Below are positions 25,359 through 39,930 of a stretch of 64,000 nt of DNA, piece by piece. A program made the translations under genes and the position numbers. Below the pieces are notes generated by a model. That model searched no databases. It saw nothing but the letters and a program-made list of their open reading frames with translations, and was not told the origin of the DNA. Source of the stretch: Octopus vulgaris (lineage: Eukaryota); assembly GCA_951406725.2 (NCBI GenBank), contig OX597822.1:110732001-110796000 (forward strand), given 5' to 3'. Every line of letters begins with the position of its first letter. The first letter of the stretch is position 1.

Positions 25359-27224
25359 TGTTATATTTTATTATACCATTTTATTTGTGGTATTAAACTG
25401 AAGTGGCAGTGAAAACATATATAAGAATATTCACGAATATTATAAAGTAACGGCCTCGTATTTCGATGAATATTCTCAGTATACACACATATGTGTATGT
25501 ATATGTGTGTGCATGTGTGTATGTAGTTATGTATTTATGAAATGTATACACGTATGTTTTCATATAATGTATACTGCCAGCAGTCAAGCTTATTGGAGTT
25601 CTCTGTACCCTCGTATATATTACCTGGCTAATAATGTACCTTATCTTTCAATTTTTAGTTGATATCATCTTCGACGATCTAATAAAGTGCTGAGATTGAT
25701 CAGAAAAAGGACGATTATTTTATAACAGTTTGAGAATATAGTGAAAGATAAAAAGAATCTTTAGTTCTATAACTATTGAAACTGTACAGAAAATCGGCTA
25801 ATGTTGATGCAAATCATATTAATTACCATTAACAACAGTTTTATTAATACGTTGTGTCGTAATATATGCGTCAAATTAATCAATGTTTTTATTTAATGGC
25901 TGGACTGAAAGCCAATTTCCCTTTAGAATGAAGGTTACTCTGCATGATAAACCATACAAAAATCGAACTTATTTAAACAACAATAGCTTCCAAATATTAT
26001 AAAAAACTAAATACATACAGACACTATTGCTAATAAAGTAATTAAAATAAATTGATTTACAATTTATTCAAATAATCGGAATTGATTTTAATGTTTCAGT
26101 TTGACTGACTTCAACGCGTGTACGGACAAACCGTGTAGGCTCCAGCATACACACGCACGTATATGGGTGCGCATACAAACGCACTCAGAATTAAATGTAT
26201 TTTCGAGTCGGTTGGGATATTTAAGTAATTTTAAAGTCAATCACGAATACAAACAAATTCACATATATAGATTTCAGTGTAATTTAGAAATAATTAATAC
26301 CATAAATGAATTGTGCTTATTAATTGTAAATTGCTTTCAACACTCCTAAAATTTTTGACATGGAACGTGAAGAGTTCACTCACCTTACAACAATGTATTA
26401 TGATGAGAATGTTTTACAAGAGGAAATTAAGTAAAGTATTTGTTTTATCAAATAACTTTTCACGATTAATGTTCTACATTTTCCTTATTAGTTTGACAGA
26501 GTGAACAGCCATAACTGCAGACGGTTCATATATGCTGATGTGGAAAATTCAACTTTGTTCTGCTTCATATTTTGTAAACTAATACTTGTCGGTAGTAAAA
26601 CCTGGCTGTAGTGGAGATTTTAAAGAGATAAAATTACTGGAAAAATATATGGAAAACATATATAGTACAAAGTTTACTGACAAAGCAGAGGGTATAAATG
26701 ATAGTGTAGGCTTATTTGAATGAGAAGAGAAACCATCATATTTTCGGGAAAGAGCAATGGCTGCGGAAAAAGTGCTAGTACTACTTTGGTGAGTAGATCC
26801 TCAACACTAGTCACACAGACGATGGTATGTAACGTACAGTATTTTTTCTTTCTAGAATATCCAAAGTGACAGACGAGTTATATATAACATACAAGAACTA
26901 GTTTTGGAAATATTTTGCTTCGCACAAATTGGAATACCGGATTCTAACAATGGTAAAAGACATGACATAAGAGATTACTGCTTATATCTCTTCCAGAAGA
27001 GCCGAAATGGAGACAGCAATAAATTTTTAATTGGCAGGGTCAAAGAATTTGTCCGTTTAGGGACAATATATATTTCTTATAGGTTAAAATGCATGGACTG
27101 GCTTAGAAGAGAATGGGGACTAGCCTAGGAGAAGAAAGCATTGATAGTATTAATAAAGACTAGCATCATGGGGGGAAAGTATTGACAATGCCAATATAGA
27201 GAAGTCTATTGGGATGAAGATATT

Positions 27225-27930
27225 CGTTTCTACTCTAGGTACAAGGCCAGAAATTTTTGGGGAGGGGCCAATCGATTAGATTGACCCCATTATTTCACTG
27301 GTACTTAATTTATCGACACCGAAACGATGAAAGGCAAAGTCGACCTCGGCGGAGTTTGAACTCAGAACATGAAGATAGACGAAATACCTATTTCTTTACT
27401 ACCCACAAGGGGCTAAACATAGAGGGGACAAAGAAGGACAGACAACGGGATTAAATCAATTACATCGACCCCAGTGCGTAACTGGTACTTAATTTATCGA
27501 CCCCGAAAGGATGAAAGGTAAAGCCGACCTCGGCGGAATTTGAACTCAGAACGTAACGGCAGACGAAATACCGCTAGAAGAAATAAGCACAATTCGAGGA
27601 AAACAATGACTATTAATAAGGCCTAGTGAAATGGAAGGAAATAATTGACAGATTCAATAGGTATCAACGCAATGGAGGTAAGCATTGACAGTATTGGATG
27701 GGGTGGACGTGCACTGATAGTGATGAGAATATTGACAATGTCTAAAAAGCCTAGCGAAATTTTCGTATCACTTCGTTTGAAATATTGGTTTCAAATTTTG
27801 GTAAAAAGGGCAGCGATTTCGAACGAGGGGAAAGTCGATTGCATCGACCAAGTCCTCAATAGGTACCTATTTTATCAACTCCAAAAGAATGAAAGGCAGA
27901 GTCGGCCACGGCAGAATTTGATCTCTTAAT
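27225..27930 (-). mobile_element. Family C SINEs (dimeric copy ~27225-27577 and diverged partial ~27780-27930)
   Basis: Reverse complement of the family C core, present three times. Confidence 0.85.
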
Positions 27931-28639
27931 GTACAGACTTATGTACCAAACTATTCTAAAGCACTGAAATAAAAGTATCTTAGTTCTTAAAGTAGACACA
28001 TTTTCAACTAACATATTAGGCAGTCTAACAAGACATTTTACATCAAAATTTGCATTTTATGCTGCAAAATGTCCACCAGAAAGACACGAATCTGACAATT
28101 TCCGTTTTCTTCTCTCAAATTTTAAAGAAAATCACAAACCCAAGAAACAGCTCAATGAATTGATCTCTATTTCACATTATACTTCATTTCAATTACAACA
28201 CCATTGTATACGAGGATGTCGTTAAAATAACTACGATAGTATTCAGTTGTCTTGGCTTAGAAATTAGATAAGAATTAATCATACACTGGCGTATGTAACT
28301 GTTCGTCAAAATTGTCAGCCAATTAATCCTATTATTGGAAAGAAGTTTCCTTACAGTTTTAACATATGAATTTTCAATTTGAAGTATTCTAAAATACTTG
28401 AAATATTTAATCTGTTTTCCTTCCATTAGTGACAGAAACTGTCGAAGATTTGAAAACGAAAATAACTAGGTTTAATATTTTCAATATTTCAATATTGTCT
28501 TTTAAATTTATTTTTATCCATCTATCAACCTATCTACCTACCTACCTGCATATATATGTCGTTTACAGTGTTTATTAAAATGTATTTCGTTTTCAAAATT
28601 ATTTAGCATCGACAGAATTTATCATTTTCTATAAAAATA

Positions 28640-29500
28640 TTTCCATACTGATGGCAATTCTATTCCAGGTACTGCTGAAAATCGTAAACACCAAGATACA
28701 TTTCGTTCAGTATTTAGCCGAATTTTCGTTCAATAACTGCCTTCAGTTCGTCAGCTGTTGCCGGTTTTGTACTGTGTCCTCATAAAAGAAGATTATTGGT
28801 GGGACGTCCGGTGAACGCGAAGAGTAATATTCGTCTAATCTAACTGTTTGGTAAAATCTCAAGGTAGGCCCTTATATTACTATAATTGGGTGGGAGAACC
28901 CCTGTGTGCGGGAAATAGACGTCACAACTTCAAAATACACATGAATGTTTTGCACTGATCACATTGATCATAAGTCGTACGACTATATAACTCCTGCTGA
29001 ATTAACATGATCTTCCTCCGCAGTATATAAATTCTCAAGTCCCCGTAGTTAATTTATCCATTGAATTCAGATGTATACGGCAAACAATCTTTCTTAGAAA
29101 CTGTGCTTCTTTTACATATCTTGCTAAATATCTCTACCAAACTCTACTCGTCGGTACGGTTCATCTTCACTGTGGGTATGGTTTATTTTTGGAATGTGAC
29201 TCTTCCAATGATAACACTCGAAAATGAGATTGGACGCTTAATTTTGAAATTCCTATTCCACGATTCGCTTGTAACATATGTTGCTATACCCTTCCGTGCT
29301 TTGTGTGGCTCCTTGTTTTCTGCAATCTTCCGGAATGATTACTGTTGTCATTCTGAATAGTTCCATCTGCTTCAAACTTTTCTCTAATTCCAGTGATTGT
29401 AAGACGTGTATGAGGAAGTTTTTGAAACATCTCCTTAAACTGTCTTTGGACTTCGACTTAAGTTATGACTTCCAGTAACACATTAGGGTAAATAATTTTC
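28640..29500 (-). mobile_element. Heavily decayed Tc1/mariner-superfamily transposase (DUF4817-like N terminus)
   Basis: Minus-strand pieces VEVQRQFKEMFQKLPHTRLTITGIREKFEADGTIQN...HSGR, SRSPDVPP (cf. WPPRSPDLTP) and KPATADELKAVI. Confidence 0.7.
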
Positions 29501-30010
29501 TTAAAAATATTAGAAGCTTAGTTTAGCTTCCTTCATTATTTATTGCGGGTTAAATCTGAGAAATGAAATGAAAATTATCACTGCCTCGTAAAACCAAAAG
29601 AAAAGGTTTTTGAGTGACAAACATTGTCTAGCCTTGCAATCTAATATTTTTACCTCTAACCTTATCAACGCCAATCACTTTCTCAGTTCTAGAGAATAAA
29701 GATATTGTTTTCATCGTAAAAATTGACTTGGGGTCATATGTATATGTTCTACTAGTATATTGTTTCCTTCCGGTATACTTACGACCGTGTCTTCATGTCT
29801 GCTCTTCATTTTTTATTGCTTACTGTTTAAGATTTCCGTGTATATCGTTTTCCATAGGCGTTGCAAATTGTATTATGTCATCTATGGTAACATATGTGTG
29901 TTTTTTAGATGTAAGTCTTTTAGCGTGTACACATGAATATATTTGTGAATAGTTTTATTGGATTATATGACTATGTTTATGTATTTGACTCTACAGAAAT
30001 ATATATGTAT

Positions 30011-30091
<81 letters not shown>

Positions 30092-30094
30092 TGT

Positions 30095-30446
30095 GTGGTT
30101 GTATACTCTCAACTTAACGTGACAGTCCGATAGAGGGAATTACACCATCGCTCGTTTAGCCCTAGGAAGCATCGACGCTTCCTGTCGGCCTTGACACATT
30201 TCCTGTGTCCTTATATATTTACGAAGGGGAGACAAATACCCCCAACAACCAGACCTGCATCTAGAGACACGCATATTTCTAGATGCAGGCCTAGCTGTTG
30301 GGGGTATTTGTCTCCTCTTCGTAAATATATAAGGACACAGGAAATGTGTCAAGGCCGACAGGAAGCGTCGATGCTTCCTAGGGCTAAACAGCGATTGTGT
30401 AATTCCCTTACAGGACTGTCACGTTAGATTGAAAGTATACAACCAC
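30095..30446. repeat. ~350-bp near-perfect foldback (MITE-like) element
   Basis: ~170-bp arms are reverse complements, including a long near-identical run; short central loop near 30266-30277; sits next to (TA)n(GA)n. Confidence 0.95.
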
Positions 30447-30524
30447 TCTATCGCTCCACCACCGTACATATCTCTATGAGATATTTAGAAATTTAATATT
30501 TCTGATTATATATATATATATATG

Positions 30525-31945
30525 TTAAATCCATAATAGTTTGGGAATTATTCTCAAAATTACATTGGCACTTCCCTAAATCCAGAACAAAAATCATAAA
30601 CTCATCAACAGACGTAATGTGAGACAAGTATTTGCGACATCGCACGATCTGGAATACTACATACAGAAATTAAATAAGATAAAACTTAATAACATAAACC
30701 TTGTGGGGGTGTAACAGAACCAAAAAACCACAAGTCGAAACAGAATATACAACGAAGTTGAGAATATGAATAACAAGAACGGGTACAAAAAGCCCCATAG
30801 CTTTGGCAGTGCAGGTCCGTACCCGAGGAAAAAAGAAGTAACACTGTGCAAGTGGGAAAAGGACGATAAACACTGATAAGAATTCCATGTACTGAACCAG
30901 AAAAGATAATGTAGCATGTAACTGCGGACGGAAAAATGAATGCGAAATTAATAACAACTGCATGGTAGGGAAGGTAGTTTACAAAAGGAAAATGAAGGCG
31001 GTAGTATTAAAATATGTATACATTAGTGGAATCGGAAACACCTTAAAAGAATCGGCTGTGCGCCCATTTTACGTCATTTTCCAATAAAAACAGAAGGCAC
31101 TGCACGTCATTATCTAATCACATATGGAGGCTCAAGTCGAATGGCGTAGAGCATACGACTGAATGGTCTACAATAAAAGAAATGTAAACCATACAATACA
31201 GCATTGCGAGTGAGTAAGGTATGTCAGGGGAAAACCCTGGAGATCATCACCCCCAGGGAACACATGATTATAAGACATTCTGAGGTAATTGTATCTTACA
31301 AACTTTGAAGAGAACTTTATGGAACAGAAACACAAACCATCATTAGCATGTAATGGAACAAGATAGGAACTATTATTTTCTTATGCTGTATCACTGTACT
31401 GCCAGAAGTAATCGAAAGGTGTTTATAAAGGGAACATGATATGTCAACTCAGACAATGATGTTCAAAACGAAAACAAACACTGCTTCTTTGACCTTCATC
31501 ATCTGAATTCATTGAGAAAATGTTTGCTGTGAGTAAAGTTATATCAATGATTTACACTACCTATCCCAGCTTGTGCACACACAAATATCGAAACAAACTT
31601 AGCTTCACCACACACTTCTCCCTCTCTTTTATCATTACCATTCATTTCCCTCTTTCCTTTACCTCTCCTCTTCTTCCTTACCATATACACATAGAACTGC
31701 CCAATGAACATTTTCATTTGTGAAAATTGATAAACATCTTTCAGTTATACATTCGTTACTTGTATACATTCAGTTATACATTCAGTTATACATTCAGTTA
31801 TACATTCGTTACTTCCAACTCCAATACATTTCGCCTGACGAAATGAACGCATGAACTACGATCCCTCCGATGACCATGGAAATTACGGATTGTGCAGTAA
31901 TAATTCTAGGAAAATGAATTATGGACGTAAGAAACATGTCACTTG
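30525..31945 (+). mobile_element. Decayed Penelope-like element 3' part (linker + GIY-YIG + 3' UTR)
   Basis: HFPKS..HKLINRRNVRQVFATS; CNCGRKNECEINNNCMVGKVVYK...YVYISG; RLCAHFTSFSNKNRRHCTSLSNHIWRLKSNGVEHTTEWS; relic GAAACATGTC at 31931-31940. Confidence 0.75.
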
Positions 31946-31954
31946 TGGAGAGGC

Positions 31955-32412
31955 GCGCATTTGGTCAATGATGGAGTTTGATGTTGCTACCCTCATCTGT
32001 ATTTGATGCCATGAGGTAGGCTCGTCTGGAACCCATAACAGGAAGAGATCCAGTTTTGGTTTAAAGACACTTACATCCACACCATACAGGTCTCTCAGGC
32101 ATTTTGGAGCGATAGAGCTCTGGGCCCTTGAAGCTGAAGCTGTTGCAGTAACTGGTGCTGGATTTTGATGGCAATGCTGGGAACTTTGGCACTATGCAGT
32201 GGCGCCCCGTTCTGGAGTTTGAAAAACTTTCAATGCCAAAGTTTGGTACAAGAACTTCTAGGATTTTCCAGATGTATATCACTGCATATCTCTCCTGCCT
32301 TCGTTCCAGTAAGAAGAGATATAATTCTTTAAGTCTTTCCCAGTAGCCGACATGTTGAATCGAGACGATTTTCTTAGTGTAGCTTCGTTGAACTGTTTCG
32401 AGTTCTTCAAAC
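31955..32412 (-). mobile_element. CR1-group LINE 3' fragment
   Basis: [13 protein letters not shown]...YWERLKEL...[33 protein letters not shown] aligns with 61321-61530. Confidence 0.9.
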
Positions 32413-32719
32413 AGGTATGTGCATATATATATATATAAATACAAATATACATAAATATATAGATACATACATATATACATACATACATATATACATACAT
32501 ACATATATCTTCATGTATATCCGTATGTATGTATGTATGTATGTATGTATGTGTATGTGTGTGCATGCATGTGTGTGCATGCCGGTATGTATGCATGCAT
32601 GTATATATGTATGTATGTATTTATGTATGCAAGTACGTATGTATGTACGTATGTATGTATTTTCCACATAACACAAATAGTGTAGCGCTCTCGGCAATGT
32701 ATGTGTGATGGTATGTATG

Positions 32720-32883
32720 CATATATATATATATATTTATCTATCTCTATTTCTTATATTTATCACAGGTATGTGCATATCTGTCTATTGCGTGTGTACG
32801 GCAATACACACACAATAGACATATATGCACATACCTGTGATAAATATAAGAAATAGAGATAGATAAATATATATATATATATG
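32720..32883. repeat. ~160-bp near-perfect palindrome bounded by (AT)n
   Basis: TTTATCTATCTCTATTTCTTATATTTATCACAGGTATGTGCATAT and its exact reverse complement. Confidence 0.92.
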
Positions 32884-34123
32884 TGTGTGTGCGTTTGTGT
32901 GCGTGGAGGTGTATAAATCAGAGAAAAGGATGCTACTTGTGGAACCAGCACACGAAAATTCCTCTAAAATCTTTCACTTATCATTGACAATGTGGTGTTG
33001 GTTAGTTTTATTTGAATGAATTAATCCAAATAAGTGTACCCAGTAAAAACACACTCATTCGTATTTCTTACACACATTCTTCATAAAAGGAGCTACCATG
33101 ATTACTTTATTCAGTATTAGTATTTCATTATATGAAGTTAGCTGCAGCAATGTATAGTATAGCTCTGATATCAGCAAGTTTGCGTTAATTTCCTTTTAAA
33201 TCACTGATGTGGAATCCCAAAATAAAAAAGAAAAATAAGATCATTTTAATATGATTATCTTCATCTAATCTGTAGTTGAATGTGAATTTGTACAAAGTAG
33301 AAATTGTACAAATTGTATAAAGTTAAGATAAGCAGATCACACAAACTTACAAATCTCGTTGTCACGAAAGTCGACTCACACAAAATATGAAATATTTTAA
33401 ATTTGTTACTGACCACGAATTACCTCTCAAAATGTGATATATAACATATACTCACTTCAATGGGTTTATTATCTGCATAAGTATGAAAATTAGAAAGAGA
33501 TTTAATTTAGATAAGGATACAATAAGGGAATTATCGAGACGTAGATGTTCAGATGATGTACTCTCTGTCAAAGTGAATATAAAATTTACTTATGATTTTG
33601 GCACCATTACAAAAGTATCTATATTGGTTTTTTGCATCAGTGATCTAATTTCTATATGTTTTTGTTTCCTGATTGTCATAATGAGCCTTTGTTTTAGAAA
33701 GTTACATAAATCTTTTTTTTTTAAGTACTAAACATTTAAAACTCCACGAATGTCATTCTATGAACGTAATGTTTATATAGGAAATCAGGTAAAAAAAAAG
33801 AACAAACAAAAGAATAGTGTTGAATATGGAAATAAGATCATTAACAGGGTTGAAAACTGAAGTAAAAACTTGAATTTGTTATGCAAGCATTTACGTAAAT
33901 TCGTGTGGTTGAATACGTAAGATATGATTATTATCTGAAAGCTTCTTTTTATCACGATGGAAAATTGGACTCCAGAATATATAGTTCAGCTACAATCTAG
34001 TTTTCTCATTGTATTTCCTTAATTAAACGACAATTTTTCTTCTACGCATTACACTGATTATATTTATTAGCGAGTCATGAGTATTTGTTCATAAAATACA
34101 ACCCCAAGAGATAATTTTCGGGT

Positions 34124-34493
34124 TGGAAGCACTCCGTCGGTTACGACGACGAGGGTTCCGGTTGATCCGAATCAACGGAACAGCCTGCTCGTGAAATTAA
34201 CGTGTAAGTGGCTGAGCACTCCACAGACACGTGTACCCGGGGATATTCAGCGTGACACAGAGAGTGACAAGGCCGGCCCGTTGAAATACAGGTACAACAG
34301 AAACAGGAAGTAAGAGTGAGAGAAAGTTGTGGTGAAAGAGTACAGCAGGGATCACCACCATCCCTGCCGGAGCCTTGTGGAGCTTTAGGTGTTTTCGCTC
34401 AATAAACACTCACAACGCCCAGTCTGGGAATCGAAACCGCGATCCTACGACCGTGAGTCTGCTGCCCTAACCACTGGGCCATTGCGCCTCCAC
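34124..34493 (-). mobile_element. Family A SINE
   Basis: Near-identical to 681-1064 with a small internal deletion; TTTTCGGGTT repeated on both flanks. Confidence 0.9.
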
Positions 34494-35157
34494 TAACGTT
34501 TTCGGGTTAACGTTATAAAATAACCAAAGTTTCTTTTCGTCCTACTATTTCTTAGAAATTAATTTAAGAATAATTAACAGCCTATTGCAGTCACTGCTAA
34601 CAACATTCCTTAAGCAAATAGAACTATTCTTTAATCTTTTCTACCATTTTCTTCACATTTTGCCTATTTACTGCCTGCCAATTATATTTGGACTCCATGA
34701 ATAGAAACCTGGAGATATTTTCCATTGGGAGGTATGCTAACTCTTAACTTTCAACGGTAAACATTATACAATGAGTGCAAATACGACAAAAAATATCATC
34801 GCATCCCACCCTTCTTACGTACGGTGTTATTAAAATGTTAGTACCACAGAGGGCCTCTCTGGGTGAATGTGCGTTCTTAAATTAACAAAAGATATATTTT
34901 TAGGGCTGGATTTCCTGTTCAAAGCCAGAAGATACTCCATCCCCCAACAACTACAATGCTATACACATCTTAGACGAGTATAACAGTGTAGTAATATTCC
35001 CATGCGTCAGACACATCCTATATTATAGGCCAAGAAATGGCCCCTGTTCCTCTGAAGAAATTGGTTTCGTACAACTCAATACCACTCAACTAAGCACTCC
35101 TAACTCACTACCCCCACCACCTTTGTAGCGTGTTCAAACTCTTAGGGTTGTTGAACT

Positions 35158-35481
35158 GAGGGCGCGTGGCTTAGTGGTTAGGGCATTCGGCTCATGATCG
35201 TAAGGTTGTGAGTTCGATTCCCGGCGACGCGTTGTGTCCTTGAGCAAGACATTTTATTTCACGTTGCTCCAGTCCACTCAGCTGGCAAAAATGAGTTGTA
35301 CTTGTATTTCAAAGGGTCAGCCTTGTCACTCTCTGTGTTACGCTGATTATCCCCGAGAACTACGTTAAGGGTACACGTGTCTGTGGAATGCTCAGCCATT
35401 TGCACGTTAATTTCACGAGCAAGCTGTTCCGTTGATCGTATCAGCTGGGACCCTCGTCGTCGTAACCGGCGAAGTCTAAGG
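35158..35481 (+). mobile_element. Family A-related SINE with a 14-bp target-site duplication
   Basis: tRNA head GGCGCGTGGCTTAGTGGTTAGGGC...GAGTTCGATTCC; 3' body shared with family A; AGGGTTGTTGAACT at 35144-35157 and 35482-35495. Confidence 0.88.
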
Positions 35482-36593
35482 AGGGTTGTTGAACTAACTG
35501 CTACGCAGTCAGTGAATATTTTTAGCTCACTACTACTTACACTCTACAATTTTTTTCAAAGAACTTTAGCACAGTGAATTGTATTTCCTCATTGTAATAG
35601 CTGACCTGCAGCTCTGACCTGCACTCGAAACTGCATAAGCAGAACAATAAAGCGTTATCATATGAGTCTCTGAGGGTGTAGAGGTGCCAAAAGTCACAAC
35701 CTCCTTCCATGAAATCACCCCAAAATTCGTTGAAAAACATTGCTAACAGTATATTCATTGTAAATATTAATTTTCCTACAGTAGTTCTGTTATAATTTTG
35801 CATCCTTTCACTATATAATTTGTGAGGTTTGATTGTACTGAATATTTCAGTTCTCTATTTTTGTAGCTCGCTTCTGAACACTGAAATATTTGCTGATCCA
35901 CGTACATTTATTTTAGTATTTTCATCAAGCTGTTTCTTGGTGTAAATGAGATACTGCAATATGGTTGATACACGACAAATGGTCACACCTACCACTATCA
36001 TCGTCCATCCCTCTTTGCAGTTTTTGCTCCTTATCAGCCTCAACATACCAAATAAACTCTGGAGTAGATAGAATCGTGTTTCTTCAACAGAAAGTAGTTG
36101 TCCATTTTTTTATGATCAGCTTTCTTACGACTGCCTCCCATTTTCCTACACTTAAATATCCGTACTGAACCGAGTACCTAAACTTGACACTCAATTCAGC
36201 GACACTGCAGAGGCTGTACTGATTCCGAATTGTTATTCTCCACTCCAAAGCTGTTCCCATTAATTGTGCGAGCTGCCTTGATTTTGATGTATACTATACC
36301 GTTGTTTTCACTTCGCTCAGATCAGTAGAAGCGCATCTACTGACTCGTCTGCAATCTTTCGATTTTTAAACAAACATTGAGGGCCACAGATGGAGAAAAA
36401 CTAACCAGGTCCCTAAGGTTCCGGATAGTTTATTAATATAATGATAGCAAATATGCGATATATAACTTTGGGTAACAACATAACAACATAACAACATAAC
36501 AACAAACTTAGAGAAGCGATGTGCACTACGTATTGATAGACGATCAAGAAAAACAACAAGAGCAACGTTATCATCAACAACAACAACAGCAGC

Positions 36594-36649
<56 letters not shown>

Positions 36650-36696
36650 CATTGCTGATGAACATCATCAAGATCATGGCAATGATTATAATATTA

Positions 36697-36910
36697 AGGC
36701 GGCGAGCTGGCAGAAACGTTAGCACGCCGGGTGAAATGCGTAGCCGTATTTCGTCTGCTGTTACGTTCTGAGTTCAAATTCCGCCGAGGTCGACTTTGCC
36801 TTTCATCCTTTCGGGGTCGATTAAATAAGTACCAGTAATCGACTTAATCCGTCTGTCTGTCCTTGTTTATCCCCTCTGTGTTTAGCCCCTTGTGGGTAGT
36901 AAAGAAATAT
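36697..36910 (+). mobile_element. Family C SINE
   Basis: GGCGGCGAGCTGGCAGAAACGTTAGCACG head through GGGTAGTAAAGAAATA tail. Confidence 0.9.
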
Positions 36911-39399
36911 ATAATATTAATGAAAATAAATACGACGACGACGATCACGATGGTGATGATCGTAGTGGTGGTAGTGGTGGTAATAATGATGATGATGATG
37001 TTGACGGTGACGCGTGATTTGGGCGGGAGGCCAGTAGTTTTGAAGGAAAGCGTTGTGGAAACTATGGACTATAGTACTTGGGCGTTACGCAACTTCATAA
37101 ACAGGAGGTTAGATGTGAACATTAAATCAATCTCAATAATATAACAGCCGCTTTTTCCAGAATAATGCACAAAAAGCATTCAAATATATGAGTAAAATCA
37201 AGCATAGCCGAAACGTATATATGAATTAAATAGTATGAATAACAAAGTATAAAACTTGATGATAAATATGCATAACGTTGCGAAACCTGGTGGATTGATG
37301 TGAAAATATTATATTTACGTGTACATTTCTTATTCTTTCGAATAAGTAGATGGAATAAATTCTACCGTATTCTAAAGAGTTCATACTTGTATAATGATGA
37401 ATATTATTAATTATAATGAATGCTATTAATGAATATTACAATTGTTATATATTTTTTATGACAATATTTTATAGAATGGCAGAGATTGCTCCCTGCTTGT
37501 GAATATTGCTTACTGAAGCGTTCAATTCAGAGCTTGCATTTGCTCGGTGAAAATCCAAGCTGTGTCGTAACCTTTTACCCTTCCATCAGTTTTACTATAG
37601 CCAGAGGGATAATGAATATTTCATAGAATGAGAATATAGATAATATCTGAAGTATGTTATAGTATAGTCGTATTGGGGAGAATAGGGAAAGAGGGACTTA
37701 TATGGAATAAGACCGAATAATGATCATTAATCTCTAATTGAAGATACAGAGATGATCAAATTAAATATTGAAATTACATCTTTCTGTGGTGATTCCTTGT
37801 TTATTGTCGATGGAGGAGCTTATCCTGAAGATTACTGGGGTAATATTACTTCTAAACCAGTTTAAGAAGATTAGTGTTACAATCAACATGTCAACTGATT
37901 AATAAAAACAACATTTACTTCTGCTATTTTAGTTGGTTTCAATGTTTCTGGTTTAATGCTCGTCTATTTTCATTAAAAACATTATGTTGACTAGTTTCTC
38001 TCTTATTTGCCTATACAAAGAACTTCATGTTACTTTCCCATAAAAAACCCTATGTTGACTAGCTTCCCTGTTATTTGCCTATATAAAAAGCTATTTATAA
38101 ACGTATAGAATACAAAAGTTAATTACAAAATAAAAAGTTCATCCAGAAATTTTGAACTTGAGAATCAGGTTTTTTAGATACTTAAATATGATGGTCATAA
38201 TATATTCATTATTGTAGAATATATTTCGGTCGTGTAAGATATCAACTTGGTAGGACATAATGTGTGATACAGTGCTTTGGTAATATGTGGCAACTAATCA
38301 GAATCATAAACAAGATCAAATATCGACATTGATCCTAAATACCGAGAATTCTAAATGGGTTTATGTTATAAAGGTGTGTTCAGTTGCTCTCCCCAGGGCC
38401 TTAGTAACGGTTGGATTTAGTTTTATAAAACGATGAACCGCTTCACAATTATACAGTTTCGTGTACTTTATCTCAATTATAGTCGATAAAGTGTCTCAAT
38501 ACGAGAATCGAAAACTACCAGGAGATAAACGTTTGACCATTAATACGGTTTGGCACCTTCTACGATTCTTGTGTATTTAATGGAGCATAGAATTCGAATG
38601 GTATTTCTAGACAAAGATTTATCAAATTATCAAATCGTTGATACACCAGTGACAAATATAACTAAGTTTTAGTAATCAAACGAGTGTTTAATTATAATTA
38701 TAACACTCAGTGATAACAGCATCGTGAGATACGAATTCACTTGGGTGAAATTAGTATCAAATATTTGCCTTAATATCTAGAATGTGACACGAAATGTTCA
38801 CAAAATAGAATAGCAAATCAATTTCAGCTGAAAAGTGATGTCAAACGAATAAGTTAAACTAGAATGAATTACTAGAACATGTACATTAGTGACAAATATT
38901 GATTAATTAATGTGAAATTGAAAATAAAAAATTGAATTTAAGCAAGATTGAAACGCGTCAAACAATTTTCTAAATTCAATTAGCAATTATATTTCTTTAT
39001 ATTCTGAAGAATCGGCAGTATTCCAGTTCTGTCACTAATACGAGAATTCAGCGATAAAAACAAAATTATATTCTCTATTGTTTCATTGTGTTCATTTATA
39101 TACGACGAGGTGCTTTCAGTTTTATTGCTACCTTCTTCTTGCATACACACACACACACACACGCACACACGTACGCACGCACACACGCACACACACACAT
39201 ACACACACTCACACACGCACGCAGTGAATCACACATACACACAATACTAACAGGCCCAAACAGAAAATTTCAAATTTAATAACACTTCATACATGCCTAC
39301 ATATACGGATAGATACAATGACACCTGTATACATACTTATAGACAACCTCTGTGAATTTAAAATAAGTTAAGATTCGATATATACATGTGCTCACATAC

Positions 39400-39415
39400 A
39401 TACACACACATATAT

Positions 39416-39463
<48 letters not shown>

Positions 39464-39504
39464 TTACATACTTACGCAAATAGATACATACATGCATGTA
39501 TACA

Positions 39505-39543
<39 letters not shown>

Positions 39544-39582
39544 TGATCACGTACGTACATCTTGAATGAGATGTGATTATAT

Positions 39583-39622
<40 letters not shown>

Positions 39623-39663
39623 TTACATACTTACGCAAATAGATACATACATGCATGTATACA

Positions 39664-39699
<36 letters not shown>

Positions 39700-39747
39700 C
39701 AGATCACGTAATCACGTACGTGCATCTTGAATGAGATATGATTATTT

Positions 39748-39819
<72 letters not shown>

Positions 39820-39839
39820 GTATATATATATGTATATAT

Positions 39840-39905
<66 letters not shown>

Positions 39906-39930
39906 AGAGAGAGAGAGAGAGAGAGAGAGA
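39400..39930. repeat. (TA)n/(GA)n tract containing a ~160-bp tandem duplication
   Basis: TACATACTTACGCAAATAGATACATACATGCATGTATACATC...CATCTTGAATGAGAT occurs twice. Confidence 0.85.

Noticed and set aside
31834-31940. Hammerhead relics CTGACGA / CCGATGA ... GAAACATGTC after the 30.5-kb PLE
   Set aside because: The position fits, but stems I and II cannot be closed convincingly, so it is not called as a ribozyme.
35830-36360. Possible very old LINE remnants (also ~4970-5340, ~20210-20700, ~47450-48360)
   Set aside because: Too degenerate to show diagnostic motifs by eye.
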